Assembly (NCBI GenBank): GCA_025350685.1 | Contig: JANXXK010000271.1 | Location: forward strand, 1,223 to 65,222 | Length of the DNA stretch: 64,000 bases | Reading direction: 5' to 3' | DNA from: Alphaproteobacteria bacterium | GTDB taxonomy: Bacteria; Pseudomonadota; Alphaproteobacteria; Caulobacterales; Caulobacteraceae | Part shown: positions 20,922-31,028 of the stretch, in pieces | Numbering within the stretch: the first letter of the stretch is position 1 | Layout of the letters: every line of letters starts with the position of its first letter | Position numbers and translations under genes: made by a program | The notes under the pieces: model-generated | The model's input: the letters and a program-made list of their open reading frames with translations, nothing else | Database searches by the model: none | What the model was told of the DNA's origin: nothing

Positions 20922-22003
20922 GCCTTCATGGCTTCTTGGAGGGCCAACGCCTTCACCGACTTCCCGGTCACCCGCTCGACGACGCGGGCGATGTGGGCGA
21001 TGGGCGTGTCGGGCAGCACCCCGTGGCCGAGGTTGAAGATCCAAGGACCGTCCGACCACTGGGCGAGCAGACCCTCGACCCGGGCGTCCAGAGCCGGCCC
21101 GCCGGCGCGCAGCAACAGGTTGTCCAGGGCGCCCTGGATGGTCTTGCCGCCGGCCTGGATGCGGCGGCCGAGCTCGGCGCTGGCCTGGGTGTCGAGGGCC
21201 ACACCCTGGACCGGTACGACACGAGCGTAGCTGTCGACCAAGGCCCCGGCCCCACGCGGGAAGCCGATGAAGGGGACGCCTACGCCGGCGGCGCGGACCT
21301 TCTCGACGATGGCCTGGTGCGGCCGGATGACGATGCGTTCGAAGACGTCCTCCGCCAGGCCCTCCGCCCAGCTCTCGAAGATCTTCAGCGCCTGGGCGCC
21401 TGATTTCGCCTGCATGACCAGATATCGGGCGGTCGAGTCGACAAGGACTTCGAGCAGGGCGTCGAGCTTATCGGGATGCTCATAGGCGAAGGTGCGAGCG
21501 CCGGTGCGATCGGAGCTACGGCCCTCGATCATGTAGGTGGCCACGGTCCAAGGCCCGCCGGCAAAGCCGATCAGGGCGCGGTCGGGCTCCAATTCGGCGC
21601 GCACGCGCGCCAGCGTCTCACCGATGGACGAAAGGCGTTCCGTAGAAGCCTCGACCTGCCCGGCCAGCCGCGCGATCTCCGGCAGTTCGCCAAGCCTAGG
21701 GCCTTCACCGGCCTCGAACCAGACCTCCTGGCCAAGCGCACGGGGGATCAAGAGGATGTCGGCGAAGACGATTGCGGCATCCAGCGGGAAGCGGCGCATC
21801 GGCTGCAGGGTGGCCTCGGCGGCCATCTCGGGGTTGTGGCAGAAGGCGATGAAGTCGGCCGCCTTGGTGCGCAGCTCACGATATTCCGGCAGCGAGCGCC
21901 CGGCCTGGCGCATGAACCAGATCGGCGGCCTCGCCAGGGTCTCGCCGGCCAGGGCGCGCAACAGCTTGGGAGGAGGGAGCTTCGGGGGCGTCTCGTCACT
22001 CAT
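20918..22003 (-). CDS. hemE: Uroporphyrinogen decarboxylase
   Basis: WFMRQAGRSLPEY, DAAIVFADIL, IGFAGGPWTVATY, NLGHGV. Confidence 0.99.
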   Translation of the reverse strand: MSDETPPKLPPPKLLRALAGETLARPPIWFMRQAGRSLPEYRELRTKAADFIAFCHNPEMAAEATLQPMRRFPLDAAIVFADILLIPRALGQEVWFEAGEGPRLGELPEIARLAGQVEASTERLSSIGETLARVRAELEPDRALIGFAGGPWTVATYMIEGRSSDRTGARTFAYEHPDKLDALLEVLVDSTARYLVMQAKSGAQALKIFESWAEGLAEDVFERIVIRPHQAIVEKVRAAGVGVPFIGFPRGAGALVDSYARVVPVQGVALDTQASAELGRRIQAGGKTIQGALDNLLLRAGGPALDARVEGLLAQWSDGPWIFNLGHGVLPDTPIAHIARVVERVTGKSVKALALQEAMKA

Positions 22004-22252
22004 GCCCGCTTTAAACCGCCTATGACCTCAAGTCTCAAGCCCGAGCATCCGCCAGCCCTCCCGTCTGCCCTTCTTCCTTCATTCAAGAGTCTTAAAAGGC
22101 GGGTGGCAGGGGCGATAGGGCCTGTCGAGGGGGTGGATATCGCGTCCTGTCCGCCCCGGCTCCGGCCTTGTCCCCAGCTTTTCCCCGCCGCCGCCACCGC
22201 CCTATCACAGGCTGTGAATCCTGGGGACAGCCGGCCAGCCGGCCCGTGGCGC

Positions 22253-22267
22253 TTAAGATTTCGTTAA
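22253..22267. promoter_or_regulatory. CtrA box (perfect TTAA-N7-TTAA)
   Basis: ttaa-gatttcg-ttaa followed by c. Confidence 0.9.
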
Positions 22268-22360
22268 CCCCTCGGGGGACGGCCCGGGTTGCCGCCGGTT
22301 GATACGACGATCTGTCGATCGCGGTCCGCGCGGCGGCGACCGCCTCCCCGGCGCTGTGGG

Positions 22361-22375
22361 TTAACGAAAGGTAAA
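22361..22375. promoter_or_regulatory. CtrA box (TTAA-N7-TAAA), overlapping a degenerate DnaA box
   Basis: ttaa-cgaaagg-taaa; tgtgggtta (minus strand TAACCCACA) at 22355-22363 overlaps it. Confidence 0.7.
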
Positions 22376-22524
22376 CGGCCAAATCCGTCCCGGTGATTCT
22401 TCGAAAACCGCCGAAGGCCGTCGGCGCACGCGGTCTATCCCCTTCGGCGCCCGTCTTCGCTAAGACTGCTCCACCGGATTCGTCCCCAGGAATATTTCGC
22501 AAGGAAGGCTGCGGCCCTCGTCCC

Positions 22525-23373
22525 ATGACCACCAGCAGGCTCGCCACCTATTTCCACGTCCACCTGGTGTCGGATTCCACCGGCGAGACGCTGAACGCCA
22601 TGGCGCGCGCCGTCTGCGCCCGTTTCGACAACGTCCTGCCGATCGAGCACATCTACGCCCTGGTCCGTTCGCAGCGCCAGCTCGACCGGGCGCTCGGCGA
22701 CATCGAGGAAGCGCCCGGCGTAGTGATGCACACCATCGTCGACGACAAGCTGCGCGATGCGTTGGAGGAAGGCTGCCGCAAGCTCGCCATGCCCTGCATC
22801 CCGGCGCTCGACCCGCTGGTCAGCGCCATGTCGCACTACCTGGGCGCCTCGACGACGACACGGGTCGGCGCGCACCTGCGTCTCGACACCGACTATTTCA
22901 ACCGCATGGACGCGCTGAACTACGCCATCGGCCACGACGACGGCCAGGGCGGCCAGGACCTGGAGCAGGCCGACGTCATCCTGGTGGGGGTGTCGCGGAC
23001 GTCGAAGACGCCTACCTGCATCTACCTGGCGCACCGTGGCGTGCGCGCCGGCAATGTGCCGCTGGTGCCCGGCCGGCCACCGCCGGAGAAACTGTTCGCG
23101 CTGAAGAACACTTTGGTCGTGGGGCTCTCGATTTCGCCTGACCGCCTGATCCAGATCCGCCGAAACCGCCTGCTGAGCCTGAAAGAGAACCGCGAGTCGA
23201 CCTACATCGACGTGGACGCGGTGCGCGATGAGATCGTCCAGGCCAGGCGCCTCTACGAACGCCAGGGCTGGCCGGTGATCGACGTGACCCGGCGCTCGGT
23301 GGAGGAGACGGCCGCGGCGGTGCTCAACCTTCTGCACGGCGGCCATGGTCAGGTCGAGGTGTTGGGCGGATGA
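22525..23373 (+). CDS. ppsR: Pyruvate,water dikinase regulatory protein (kinase/pyrophosphorylase, DUF299)
   Basis: HLVSDSTGETL, AIGHDDG, ILVGVSRTSKTPTCIYLA, IDVTRRSVEETA. Confidence 0.95.
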   Translation: MTTSRLATYFHVHLVSDSTGETLNAMARAVCARFDNVLPIEHIYALVRSQRQLDRALGDIEEAPGVVMHTIVDDKLRDALEEGCRKLAMPCIPALDPLVSAMSHYLGASTTTRVGAHLRLDTDYFNRMDALNYAIGHDDGQGGQDLEQADVILVGVSRTSKTPTCIYLAHRGVRAGNVPLVPGRPPPEKLFALKNTLVVGLSISPDRLIQIRRNRLLSLKENRESTYIDVDAVRDEIVQARRLYERQGWPVIDVTRRSVEETAAAVLNLLHGGHGQVEVLGG

Positions 23374-23975
23374 GCTCTCCTGCAGTGGGGCTGGTGCTGG
23401 CCTCGACCAGTTCCGCCCGCAAGGCGGTGCTCGAAGGCGCGGGCGTGCCGTTCGAAGCACAGCGCTCGGGCGTCGACGAGGACGCGACCAAGGCGCGGTT
23501 GCTGGCCACGGGGGCGACGCCGCGCCAGGTGGCGCAGGCCCTGGCCGACGAGAAGGCGCTGGCCGTCTCGCAGGGCCGGCCCGAACTGGTGCTGGGGGCG
23601 GACCAGACGCTGGAACTGGGCGGGCGGCTCTACGACAAGGCCGAAACGTTGGACGATGCGCGGGCGCGGCTGCGGGCCCTGCGAGGACGTCCGCACCAAC
23701 TGCACTCGGCGGTGGCGGTGGCGAGCGAAGGCAAGGTGATCTGGCGAGAGACGGTGAGCGCGTCGCTGACCATGCGCGATTTCACCGACGGCTTCATCGA
23801 GGCCTACCTGGCTGCTGAGGGTGATGCGGCGCTGGGCTCGGTGGGTTGCTACCGGCTGGAGGGGATGGGCGTGCAACTGTTCTCGAAGATCGAGGGCGAC
23901 TATTTCACCATCCTCGGGCTGCCGCTGATGGGCCTGCTGGCGCTGCTGCGTGAACGCGGCGTGGTGGGCGCGTGA
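23370..23975 (+). CDS. maf: Maf family nucleoside triphosphate pyrophosphatase
   Basis: [40 protein letters not shown]. Confidence 0.95.
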   Translation: MSSPAVGLVLASTSSARKAVLEGAGVPFEAQRSGVDEDATKARLLATGATPRQVAQALADEKALAVSQGRPELVLGADQTLELGGRLYDKAETLDDARARLRALRGRPHQLHSAVAVASEGKVIWRETVSASLTMRDFTDGFIEAYLAAEGDAALGSVGCYRLEGMGVQLFSKIEGDYFTILGLPLMGLLALLRERGVVGA

Positions 23976-24829
23976 CCCGGCCACCCATCACCGGCGCTAC
24001 GGTCGTCGCCGGCGTGGCCGGCCAGCCGGTGCGCCATTCGCTCAGCCCGTTGATCCACAATGCCTGGCTGGAGGCCGCCGGCATCGACGGGGTCTACGTC
24101 CCCTTCGACCTGCCGATAGCGGGGTTCGAGGGCTTCGTGGCGGGGCTGCGCGGCGGTGCGGTGCGGGGGATCAACGTCACGGTGCCGTTCAAGGAAGTCG
24201 CCCTGACCCTGGCCGACCGGGCCAGCGACCGGGCGCTGGCGGCGTCGGCGGCCAATATCCTGGTGTTTGAGGCCGACGGCTCGGTGATCGCCGACAACAC
24301 CGACGGGGTGGGCCTGATCTCGGCTTTCGCGATCCAGGCGCCCGGGCTCGTCCTGGCGTCGGGGCCGGTGGCGATCCTCGGCGCGGGCGGTGGGGCGCGG
24401 GGCGCGGCCGCGGCCCTGCTGGCGGCCGGGGCGCCGCAGGTGCGCATCATCAACCGCACGCTCGCCAAGGCGCAGGCCATGGCGAAGGCTTTTGGCGCAC
24501 GCGCGACAGCCCATCCGCTCGCCGGCGCAGCCCACGCGTTTGCAGGCGTCGTGGCGGTGGTCAACGCCACCTCGGCCGAACTCGGCGAAAAGGCGGTGCT
24601 CGAGGCGCCGCTGGAGGCGACGCCGGCCGGCGCCGTGGTGATGGACATGGTCTATCGGCCGCTCATCACCCCGTTCCTGGCGCATGCGCGGCGGATCGGG
24701 CGGCCGACGGTGGACGGTCTGGCGATGCTGATCGGCCAGGCGGCGCCGGCCTTCGAAGCCTTCTACGGTCGCCCGCCGCCGGCGCAGGTGGACATCCGCG
24801 CCCTGGCCCTGAAGGTGATCGGGGGATGA
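23972..24829 (+). CDS. aroE: Shikimate dehydrogenase
   Basis: [44 protein letters not shown]. Confidence 0.97.
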   Translation: MTRPPITGATVVAGVAGQPVRHSLSPLIHNAWLEAAGIDGVYVPFDLPIAGFEGFVAGLRGGAVRGINVTVPFKEVALTLADRASDRALAASAANILVFEADGSVIADNTDGVGLISAFAIQAPGLVLASGPVAILGAGGGARGAAAALLAAGAPQVRIINRTLAKAQAMAKAFGARATAHPLAGAAHAFAGVVAVVNATSAELGEKAVLEAPLEATPAGAVVMDMVYRPLITPFLAHARRIGRPTVDGLAMLIGQAAPAFEAFYGRPPPAQVDIRALALKVIGG

Positions 24830-25448
24830 TCCTGATCGGCCTCACCGGCTCCATCGGCATGGGCAAGTCGACCACCGCGGCGATGTTCCGCGAGGCCGGG
24901 ATCCCGGTCTATGACGCCGACGCGGCGGTGCACGAACTCTATGACACCGGCGGCGCGGCGGTCGGGCCGGTCGATGAGGCGTTTCCCGGCGTGGTCAGGG
25001 ACGGCAAGGTCGACCGCGAGGCGCTGCGCCAGGCAGTGCTCGGCAAGCCCGACGCGCTGAAACGGCTCAACGCCGTCGTCCATCCGCTGGTCGGCCGCGA
25101 CCGGGTGGGGTTTTTCGCCAAGGCCGAGGCGGACGGCGCCGACATGGTCGTGCTGGACATACCGCTGCTGTTCGAGACCGGCGGCCACGCCAATGTCGAC
25201 GCCGTGGTGGTGGCCAGCGCCCCCGTCGACATGCAACGCGAGCGGGTGCTCGCCCGGCCGGCATGACCCCCGAACGCTTCGACGCCATCCTCGCCCAGCA
25301 GCTGGCCGACGCCGAGAAGCGGGCGCGGGCGCATTTCGTGGTCGATACCTCCCGGGGGCTGGAGCTGGCGCGCGAACAGGTGGCCGAGATCATCGCGACG
25401 ATGCGCGATCCACAGCTTCGACCTGCTAGCGGCCGTACGCCCAGTTGA
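24826..25448 (+). pseudogene. coaE: Dephospho-CoA kinase split by a 1-nt deletion at about 25260 (likely a sequencing error)
   Basis: [26 protein letters not shown] in the 146-aa ORF; continuation [13 protein letters not shown]...AHFVVDT in the 61-aa ORF. CGG CCG GCA TGA should read CGG CCG GGC ATG (RPGM). Confidence 0.9.
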
Positions 25449-25480
25449 ACTGAGCGGCCAAACCGGCGCATCACAGGGAC

Positions 25481-26194
25481 ATGGCGCGCGAGATCGTCCT
25501 GGACACGGAAACCACCGGCTTCGAGCCCACCATGGGTCACCGGATGGTGGAAATCGCCTGCCTGGAAATCGACGACTTCGTGCCCACCGGGCGCAGCTTC
25601 CACGCCTATATCGACCCCTGCCGCGACATGCCGAGCGACGCCGAGCGGGTGCACGGGCTCTCCGGCGCGTTTCTACGCGGCAAGCCGAAGTTCGAGAGCC
25701 CGCAGGTGGTCGACGCCTTCATCGCCTTCATCGGCGACGCGCCGATGATCGCCCACAACGCCAATTTCGACCGCGCCTTCATCAATCACGAGCTGGCGCT
25801 CTGTAGCCGTGACGTGTTCGGCGAGTCGCGGTTCATCGACACCCTGGCGCTGGCCAGGGTGCGGTTTCCGGGGATGCACAACTCCCTGGATGCACTCTGC
25901 AAGCGCTTCAAGATCTCGCTGGCCGACCGTGAGAAGCACGGCGCCTTGATCGACGCGCGCCTCCTGGCCGAGGTCTATCTGGAGCTGAGAGGCGGGCGTG
26001 AGCGCCGGCTTGAGCTGACGGCGACGGCGGCAGCGACCAGCGCTCTCCAGGCGGCGAGCAACAACGACTACGGCGCCCGCCCGCGGCCGCTCGATCCGCG
26101 CTCAACTGATGAGGAGCGGGCGATCCACGCGAGCTTCATTCGCGACATCGTTAAGAACGACGAGCTCTGGAAGAAGCACGGTCCCTTCTCTTGA
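25481..26194 (+). CDS. dnaQ: DNA polymerase III epsilon subunit
   Basis: LDTETTG, AHNANFD, SLDALC, HGALIDARLLAEVY. Confidence 0.98.
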   Translation: MAREIVLDTETTGFEPTMGHRMVEIACLEIDDFVPTGRSFHAYIDPCRDMPSDAERVHGLSGAFLRGKPKFESPQVVDAFIAFIGDAPMIAHNANFDRAFINHELALCSRDVFGESRFIDTLALARVRFPGMHNSLDALCKRFKISLADREKHGALIDARLLAEVYLELRGGRERRLELTATAAATSALQAASNNDYGARPRPLDPRSTDEERAIHASFIRDIVKNDELWKKHGPFS

Positions 26195-26204
26195 GGGGCG
26201 CCGG

Positions 26205-26690
26205 TCAGGCGTGGCCGACCTGCTGTTCGGCCTGGGCCTTGCGCGCGGAATAGATGCTGGCGAAATCGATCGGATCGAGCAGGAAGGGCGGATAGCCGCC
26301 GTCCGAGGTCACGTCGGCGATGATCCGCCGCGCGAACGGGAACAGGTAGCGCGGGCACTCGATCAGCAGCACCATCTCCACGTCTTCCGGACCGACGCCG
26401 GTGATCTGGAAGACCCCGCCATACAGCAGCTCGACCACGAACACCGCCCCGTCATCGCGCTTGGCGGCGGCGGAGAGCTTCATGTCCACCTCATAGAAGC
26501 CGTCGTCGCGGCCGCGGGCGTTCATCTCGACGCCCAGGTCGATCTGCGGCTGGGCCACCCCGCCGCGCAGGCTTTCCGGCGCGCGCGGGTTCTCGAACGA
26601 CAGGTCGCGGATGAACTGGGCCAGGATGCGGATGCCGGGGGCGTCTGCGGTCTCTTCGGGTGCGGCAGCGCCGGCGTCGATATCGGTCAT
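26205..26690 (-). CDS. secB: Protein export chaperone SecB
   Basis: [41 protein letters not shown]. Confidence 0.97.
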   Translation of the reverse strand: MTDIDAGAAAPEETADAPGIRILAQFIRDLSFENPRAPESLRGGVAQPQIDLGVEMNARGRDDGFYEVDMKLSAAAKRDDGAVFVVELLYGGVFQITGVGPEDVEMVLLIECPRYLFPFARRIIADVTSDGGYPPFLLDPIDFASIYSARKAQAEQQVGHA

Positions 26691-26813
26691 TGTCGAGCTT
26701 AAATCCGTGAGGAGGGCGCGAAGGGTTCGCGTCCCACAGGGCGGCCGGGCTAACATGGGCCCCCAATTCTTGCAACGAAGGGCTCTGGCGACGGGTGGGG
26801 ATGCAACGCCGCC

Positions 26814-26842
26814 CCTGACGGCAGCGTTGGATCGTTCTATAT
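26814..26842 (+). promoter_or_regulatory. Possible sigma32 (RpoH) promoter of the timA-mltA-smr operon
   Basis: CCTGAC-N16-TCTATAT versus consensus CTTGAA-N16-CCTATAT. Confidence 0.4.
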
Positions 26843-26883
26843 TGCGTTCTCGCCGTCCGTCGGCGCGTCAGAAGGCCCTGCGC

Positions 26884-27495
26884 TTGCAAATCCTCGAGCT
26901 GATCATTTTCGCGGGTCTAGCCGCCATCGTGCTTTACCAGCTCTATGCGGTGCTGGGCCGTCGGGTGGGCCGCCAGCCGGAGGATGCCCCGGCCGTTCCA
27001 ACGACCGCGGCGCCGCTGGCTCCGGTGGACCAGATCGCAGCCGATGAGGGCGTGGCCCTGACCGGCCTGGCCGCCGTCAAGGCGCGCGACCCGGGCTTCG
27101 ACATCGGCCGCTTCCTGGGCGGGTCGAAATCGGCCTACGAGATGATCGTCAAGGCCTTCGCCGCCGGCGACCGGGGGCAGCTGCGCAATCTGCTGGCCCC
27201 GCCGGTGATGGCCGGCTTCGACACCGCCATCGCCAAGCGCGAGGCAGAGAACCGCACCGAGACCGTGGAATTCGCCCACCCGCCCCGCGCAGACCTGGAA
27301 AAGGCCGAGGTGGTGGGGGCCGACCTCGCCCGCCTGACCGTGCGGTTCCTGGCCGAATTCCGCAGCCGCACCAAAGGACCCGAAGGCGAGGCCGTCGAGG
27401 ACCGGCGCACCGCCGAGCTCTGGACCTTCGAGCGGCACCTGAAGAGCCGCGACCCCAACTGGCTGCTGACCCACGTCGACGCTGCAGAGGCGTAG
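26884..27495 (+). CDS. timA: Tim44/TimA family protein
   Basis: TTG start; N-terminal TM then LYAVLGRRVG; DPGFD...FL.G.K.AYEMIV.AF..GD, WTFER...DPNWLL. Confidence 0.9.
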   Translation: MQILELIIFAGLAAIVLYQLYAVLGRRVGRQPEDAPAVPTTAAPLAPVDQIAADEGVALTGLAAVKARDPGFDIGRFLGGSKSAYEMIVKAFAAGDRGQLRNLLAPPVMAGFDTAIAKREAENRTETVEFAHPPRADLEKAEVVGADLARLTVRFLAEFRSRTKGPEGEAVEDRRTAELWTFERHLKSRDPNWLLTHVDAAEA

Positions 27496-27501
27496 GGTTT
27501 C

Positions 27502-28683
27502 GTGCAGCTGCGAGCCGTCGGCGCGCTGCTCGCCGCGCTTTCCCTGGCCGCCTGCGCCACCACAAAGCCTGCGCCGCGCCTCCAGCCCCAGCCGCCGGCT
27601 CACCGCCCGGACGAACGCCCTCGACCGCCCGAACCGGCCCCCGAGCCCGCGGGCCGGTTCGTTGCGCTGAGCACGCTGAGGGGCTGGGAGGCCGAGGACC
27701 ATGCCGCGGCGCTGGCCGCCTTCCGCGAGACCTGCGGCGCGGCGAAGGATGCGGCCATGGCCCTGGCCTGCCGCGGCGCGCGCGCCATCGGCCCGCTCGA
27801 CCGTGAGCGGTCGGAGCGGTTCTTCGAGGCCAACTTCAGCGCCGAGCGGATTTCCGGCGAGGGCGTGCTCACCGCCTATTTCTCCCCGGAGTACCCGGCG
27901 CGGCGCAAGCCCAGCGAGGCGTTCAGCGCCCCTATGCGGGCCCGGCCCGCCGACCTGAAAATGGTCGACGCCGCTACGCTCGATCCCGGCCAGCCCGGTC
28001 GCCAGACGGCGATGCGGGACCGCGGCGACGGAACGCTGGCCGCCTATCCCGATCGGGCGGCCATCGAGGCCTCACCGCTGGACAAGGCGCTGGCCTGGAT
28101 GCGGCCGGAGGACCTGTTCTTCCTGCAGATCCAGGGGTCGGGCGTGCTGACCTTCGAGGACGGCGCGCGGAAGAAGGCGGTCTACGCCGGCAACAATGGG
28201 TGGCCGTTCGTCGGCATCGCCAATCCCCTGCGCGACAAGGGCCTGCTGGCGCGGGACAACACCTCGGGCGAGGCGATCCGCGCCTGGCTGGCCGGCCACC
28301 GCGGCCCCGACGCGCAGGCGATCATGCGGCTGAACCCGCGCTATGCCTTCTTCAGCCTGGCGCCGGATGACGGGCGCCAGCCCGTCGGCTCAGCCAACCT
28401 GCCGCTGCCGCCCGGGCGCTCGCTGGCCGTGGACCCGGCCTTCCACGCGATGGGCGAGCTGCTGTGGGTCGATGCCTCATCGCCGATGTTGCAGGGCGCG
28501 TTCCCCGATTATCGCCGCCTCGCGATGACGCTCGACACCGGCGGCGCGATCAAGGGCGAGGTCCGCGCCGACCTCTATCTGGGCGTCGGCGCGGCGGCCG
28601 GCGCCGAGGCCGGCCGGGTGCGCCACGCCCTGCGGCTCTACCGACTCGCTCCGCGGGGCTCTTTGGGGGATAGCCCGCCGTGA
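27502..28683 (+). CDS. mltA: Membrane-bound lytic transglycosylase MltA
   Basis: Lipobox LAAC; LTAYFSP, FFLQIQGSG, NPRYAFF, DTGGAIKG..RADLYLG. Confidence 0.95.
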   Translation: MQLRAVGALLAALSLAACATTKPAPRLQPQPPAHRPDERPRPPEPAPEPAGRFVALSTLRGWEAEDHAAALAAFRETCGAAKDAAMALACRGARAIGPLDRERSERFFEANFSAERISGEGVLTAYFSPEYPARRKPSEAFSAPMRARPADLKMVDAATLDPGQPGRQTAMRDRGDGTLAAYPDRAAIEASPLDKALAWMRPEDLFFLQIQGSGVLTFEDGARKKAVYAGNNGWPFVGIANPLRDKGLLARDNTSGEAIRAWLAGHRGPDAQAIMRLNPRYAFFSLAPDDGRQPVGSANLPLPPGRSLAVDPAFHAMGELLWVDASSPMLQGAFPDYRRLAMTLDTGGAIKGEVRADLYLGVGAAAGAEAGRVRHALRLYRLAPRGSLGDSPP

Positions 28684-29186
28684 AGCGCCCGCTGAAGCCC
28701 GAGGACCAGCACATCTGGGGGATGGTCGCGGCGACCGTGCATCCCCTGCCCGGCCGCGCCGCGCCCACCGCCAGCCAGGAAGCCGCCAAGCACGAGACCG
28801 CCGCACGCATCGCCCCGCCAAAGCCGCCGGGCCGTCCGGGCAAGCTCCGCGAGGTCCTCGACGACATCGAGCCCAACCGCCGCCACCGCATCGCCAAGGC
28901 GCGCGAGGAGATCGGCGCGCGGCTCGACCTGCACGGCCTGACCCAGGACCGGGCGAGGGCGACGCTCGAAGGGTTCCTGAACCACGCCTTCAACGAGGGC
29001 TGGCGCGCGGTGCTGGTGATCACCGGCAAGGGCGTGCAGGGCGACGGCGTGCTGAAGCGGATGGCCCCGGGCTGGCTGGCCGCCCCGCACCTGACCCACA
29101 TCGTGGCGGGGATTTCCGACGCCGCCCGCCACCACGGCGGCGAAGGCGCGCTCTATGTGGCGCTGAAGCGGAAGAAACGGGCCTAG
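28680..29186 (+). CDS. Smr/MutS2 domain protein
   Basis: LDLHGLT, LVITGKG, HGGEGALYV. Confidence 0.95.
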   Translation: MKRPLKPEDQHIWGMVAATVHPLPGRAAPTASQEAAKHETAARIAPPKPPGRPGKLREVLDDIEPNRRHRIAKAREEIGARLDLHGLTQDRARATLEGFLNHAFNEGWRAVLVITGKGVQGDGVLKRMAPGWLAAPHLTHIVAGISDAARHHGGEGALYVALKRKKRA

Positions 29187-29506
29187 GGTAGCCGCGCGGC
29201 CTTTTCGGCCAGCCCCGAGGTCCCTTCGCGGGCCTCCAGCTTGGCGGCGACCTCGTCCAGGGAGACGCCGGCGGCGGCCAGGACCACGAGCCAGTGATAG
29301 ATCAGGTCGGCGCTTTCGGCGGCGAGATGGTCCTTGTCGCCCCGGGTGGCGGCGATGACGGCTTCGATGGCCTCCTCGCCGAGCTTCTTGGCGGCCAGCG
29401 ACGGGTCGGCCAGCAGCTTGGCGGTGTAGGAGGCGGCATGGTCGCCGCCCTTGCGGGCCTCGATGGTGGCCGCCAGGCGGGCCAGGACGTCGGCGAAGCG
29501 GGTCAT
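29183..29506 (-). CDS. hisE: Phosphoribosyl-ATP pyrophosphatase
   Basis: [24 protein letters not shown]. Confidence 0.96.
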   Translation of the reverse strand: MTRFADVLARLAATIEARKGGDHAASYTAKLLADPSLAAKKLGEEAIEAVIAATRGDKDHLAAESADLIYHWLVVLAAAGVSLDEVAAKLEAREGTSGLAEKAARLP

Positions 29507-30300
29507 GCGGGCTCCGTCTGACGAACCGAGAGGTGGGCGTTGGCCATGGCCCTCTTCACCTCGCCGATGGAGACTTCGCCGAAGTGGAAGATCGAGGCGG
29601 CCAGCACCGCGTCCGCGCCGCCTTGCGTCACGGCGTCGACCATGTGCTGCGCATTGCCGGCGCCGCCGGAGGCGATCACCGGCACGGAGACCGCCGAGCT
29701 CACCTGTTTCAGCAGGTCCAGGTCGTAGCCGATCTTGGCCCCGTCGCGGTCCATGGAGGTGAGCAGGATCTCGCCGGCCCCGCGCTCGACGGCCTCGACG
29801 GCGTAGCGCACCACGTCGATCCCCGTCGCTGTCCGGCCGCCATAGGTATAGACCTCCCAGCCGTCGTTGCGACCACCCGAGCCGGTGCGCGCTGTCCCGT
29901 GCTTGGCGTCGATGGCGACGACGGTGGCCTGCGAGCCGAAGGCGTCGGCGCAGGCGGCGATCAGGTCGCGGTTCTCCACCGCGGCGGTGTTGATCGAGAT
30001 CTTGTCGGCGCCGGCCAGCAGCAGGCGCCTGGCGTCCTCGACGGTGCGGATGCCGCCGCCCACCGAGAGTGGCATGAAGCAGACGTCGGCCGTGCGGGCG
30101 ACCACATCCAGGATCGTCCCGCGGTTCTCGTGGCTGGCGGTTATGTCCAGGAACATCAGTTCATCGGCGCCGGCGGCGTCATAGGCGCGGGCCTGCTCCA
30201 CCGGATCGCCGGCGTCGCGCAGGGAGACGAACTGCACGCCTTTCACCACCCGGCCGTCCTTGACGTCCAGGCAGGGGATCACCCGCACGCGGAGGGTCAC
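29503..30300 (-). CDS. hisF: Imidazole glycerol phosphate synthase cyclase subunit
   Basis: GTG start; [45 protein letters not shown]. Confidence 0.98.
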   Translation of the reverse strand: MTLRVRVIPCLDVKDGRVVKGVQFVSLRDAGDPVEQARAYDAAGADELMFLDITASHENRGTILDVVARTADVCFMPLSVGGGIRTVEDARRLLLAGADKISINTAAVENRDLIAACADAFGSQATVVAIDAKHGTARTGSGGRNDGWEVYTYGGRTATGIDVVRYAVEAVERGAGEILLTSMDRDGAKIGYDLDLLKQVSSAVSVPVIASGGAGNAQHMVDAVTQGGADAVLAASIFHFGEVSIGEVKRAMANAHLSVRQTEPA

Positions 30301-31028
30301 GCCGCCACCTTCAGCGCCTCGTCGGGCGTGATCGCGCCGTTGTAGAGCGCGCGGCCCAGCACGGCGCCGGCGATCTCGGTGCCCTTGCGCGCCTTCAGCC
30401 GGACGATGTCGTCGATGGTGGCCAGGCCACCGGCGGCGATCACCGGGATCGCCACGGCGTCGGCAATGGCCCCGAAGGCCTCGACGTTGAAGCCCATGGT
30501 GGTGCCGTCGCGATCGATGTCGGTGATGATCAGGGCGCTGACGCCCGCGTCCTCGAACCGCCTGGCCACGGTGATCGCATCGAGGTCGGAGTCTTCCGTC
30601 CAGCCCTGGACGGCGACCTTGCCCTTGCGCACGTCGACGCTGACGGCGATCTGCTCGGGCCAGGCCTTGGCGGCCTCGTGGACGATTTCCGGCTGGCGGA
30701 CGGCGACGGTGCCGAGGATCACCCGGCTGACGCCGGCTTCGATCCAGCCCTCGATGTCGGCGAGCGTGCGGATGCCGCCGCCCAGCTGCACCGGCACCGA
30801 GACGGCGTTGAGGATCTCCCCCACCGCGGCGTGATTGACCGCCTTGCCGGAGACCGCCCCGTTCAGGTCGACCACGTGGATCCAGTGGAAGCCGCCGTCG
30901 GCCCAGGCGCGGGCCTGGGCGGCGGGCGAGGTGTTGAACACCGTGGCGGTGGCCAGGTCGCCATGCACCACGCGCACACACTGGCCGTCCTTCAGGTCGA
31001 TGGCGGGGTAGAGGATCAAGGTCGCCAC
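30297..31028 (-). CDS. hisA: ProFAR isomerase
   Basis: [35 protein letters not shown]. Confidence 0.98.
   Translation of the reverse strand: MATLILYPAIDLKDGQCVRVVHGDLATATVFNTSPAAQARAWADGGFHWIHVVDLNGAVSGKAVNHAAVGEILNAVSVPVQLGGGIRTLADIEGWIEAGVSRVILGTVAVRQPEIVHEAAKAWPEQIAVSVDVRKGKVAVQGWTEDSDLDAITVARRFEDAGVSALIITDIDRDGTTMGFNVEAFGAIADAVAIPVIAAGGLATIDDIVRLKARKGTEIAGAVLGRALYNGAITPDEALKVAA

Larger units (their letters stand above)
22004..22524. other. oriC: Chromosomal replication origin (Cori-type oriC)
   Basis: Lies between hemE and ppsR as in Caulobacter; CtrA boxes, four GANTC sites and TCCCCA W-type DnaA boxes; flanking operons point away on both sides; parS sites nearby. Confidence 0.9.

Noticed and set aside
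22292-22304. IHF site in the origin (minus strand TATCAA-ccgg-CGG)
   Set aside because: The WATCAA half matches but the TTR half does not; not supportable without binding data.
25245-25275. Programmed ribosomal frameshifting in coaE or the GST
   Set aside because: No slippery heptamer or stimulatory structure visible; two independent single-base losses in short G/C runs fit sequencing error better.
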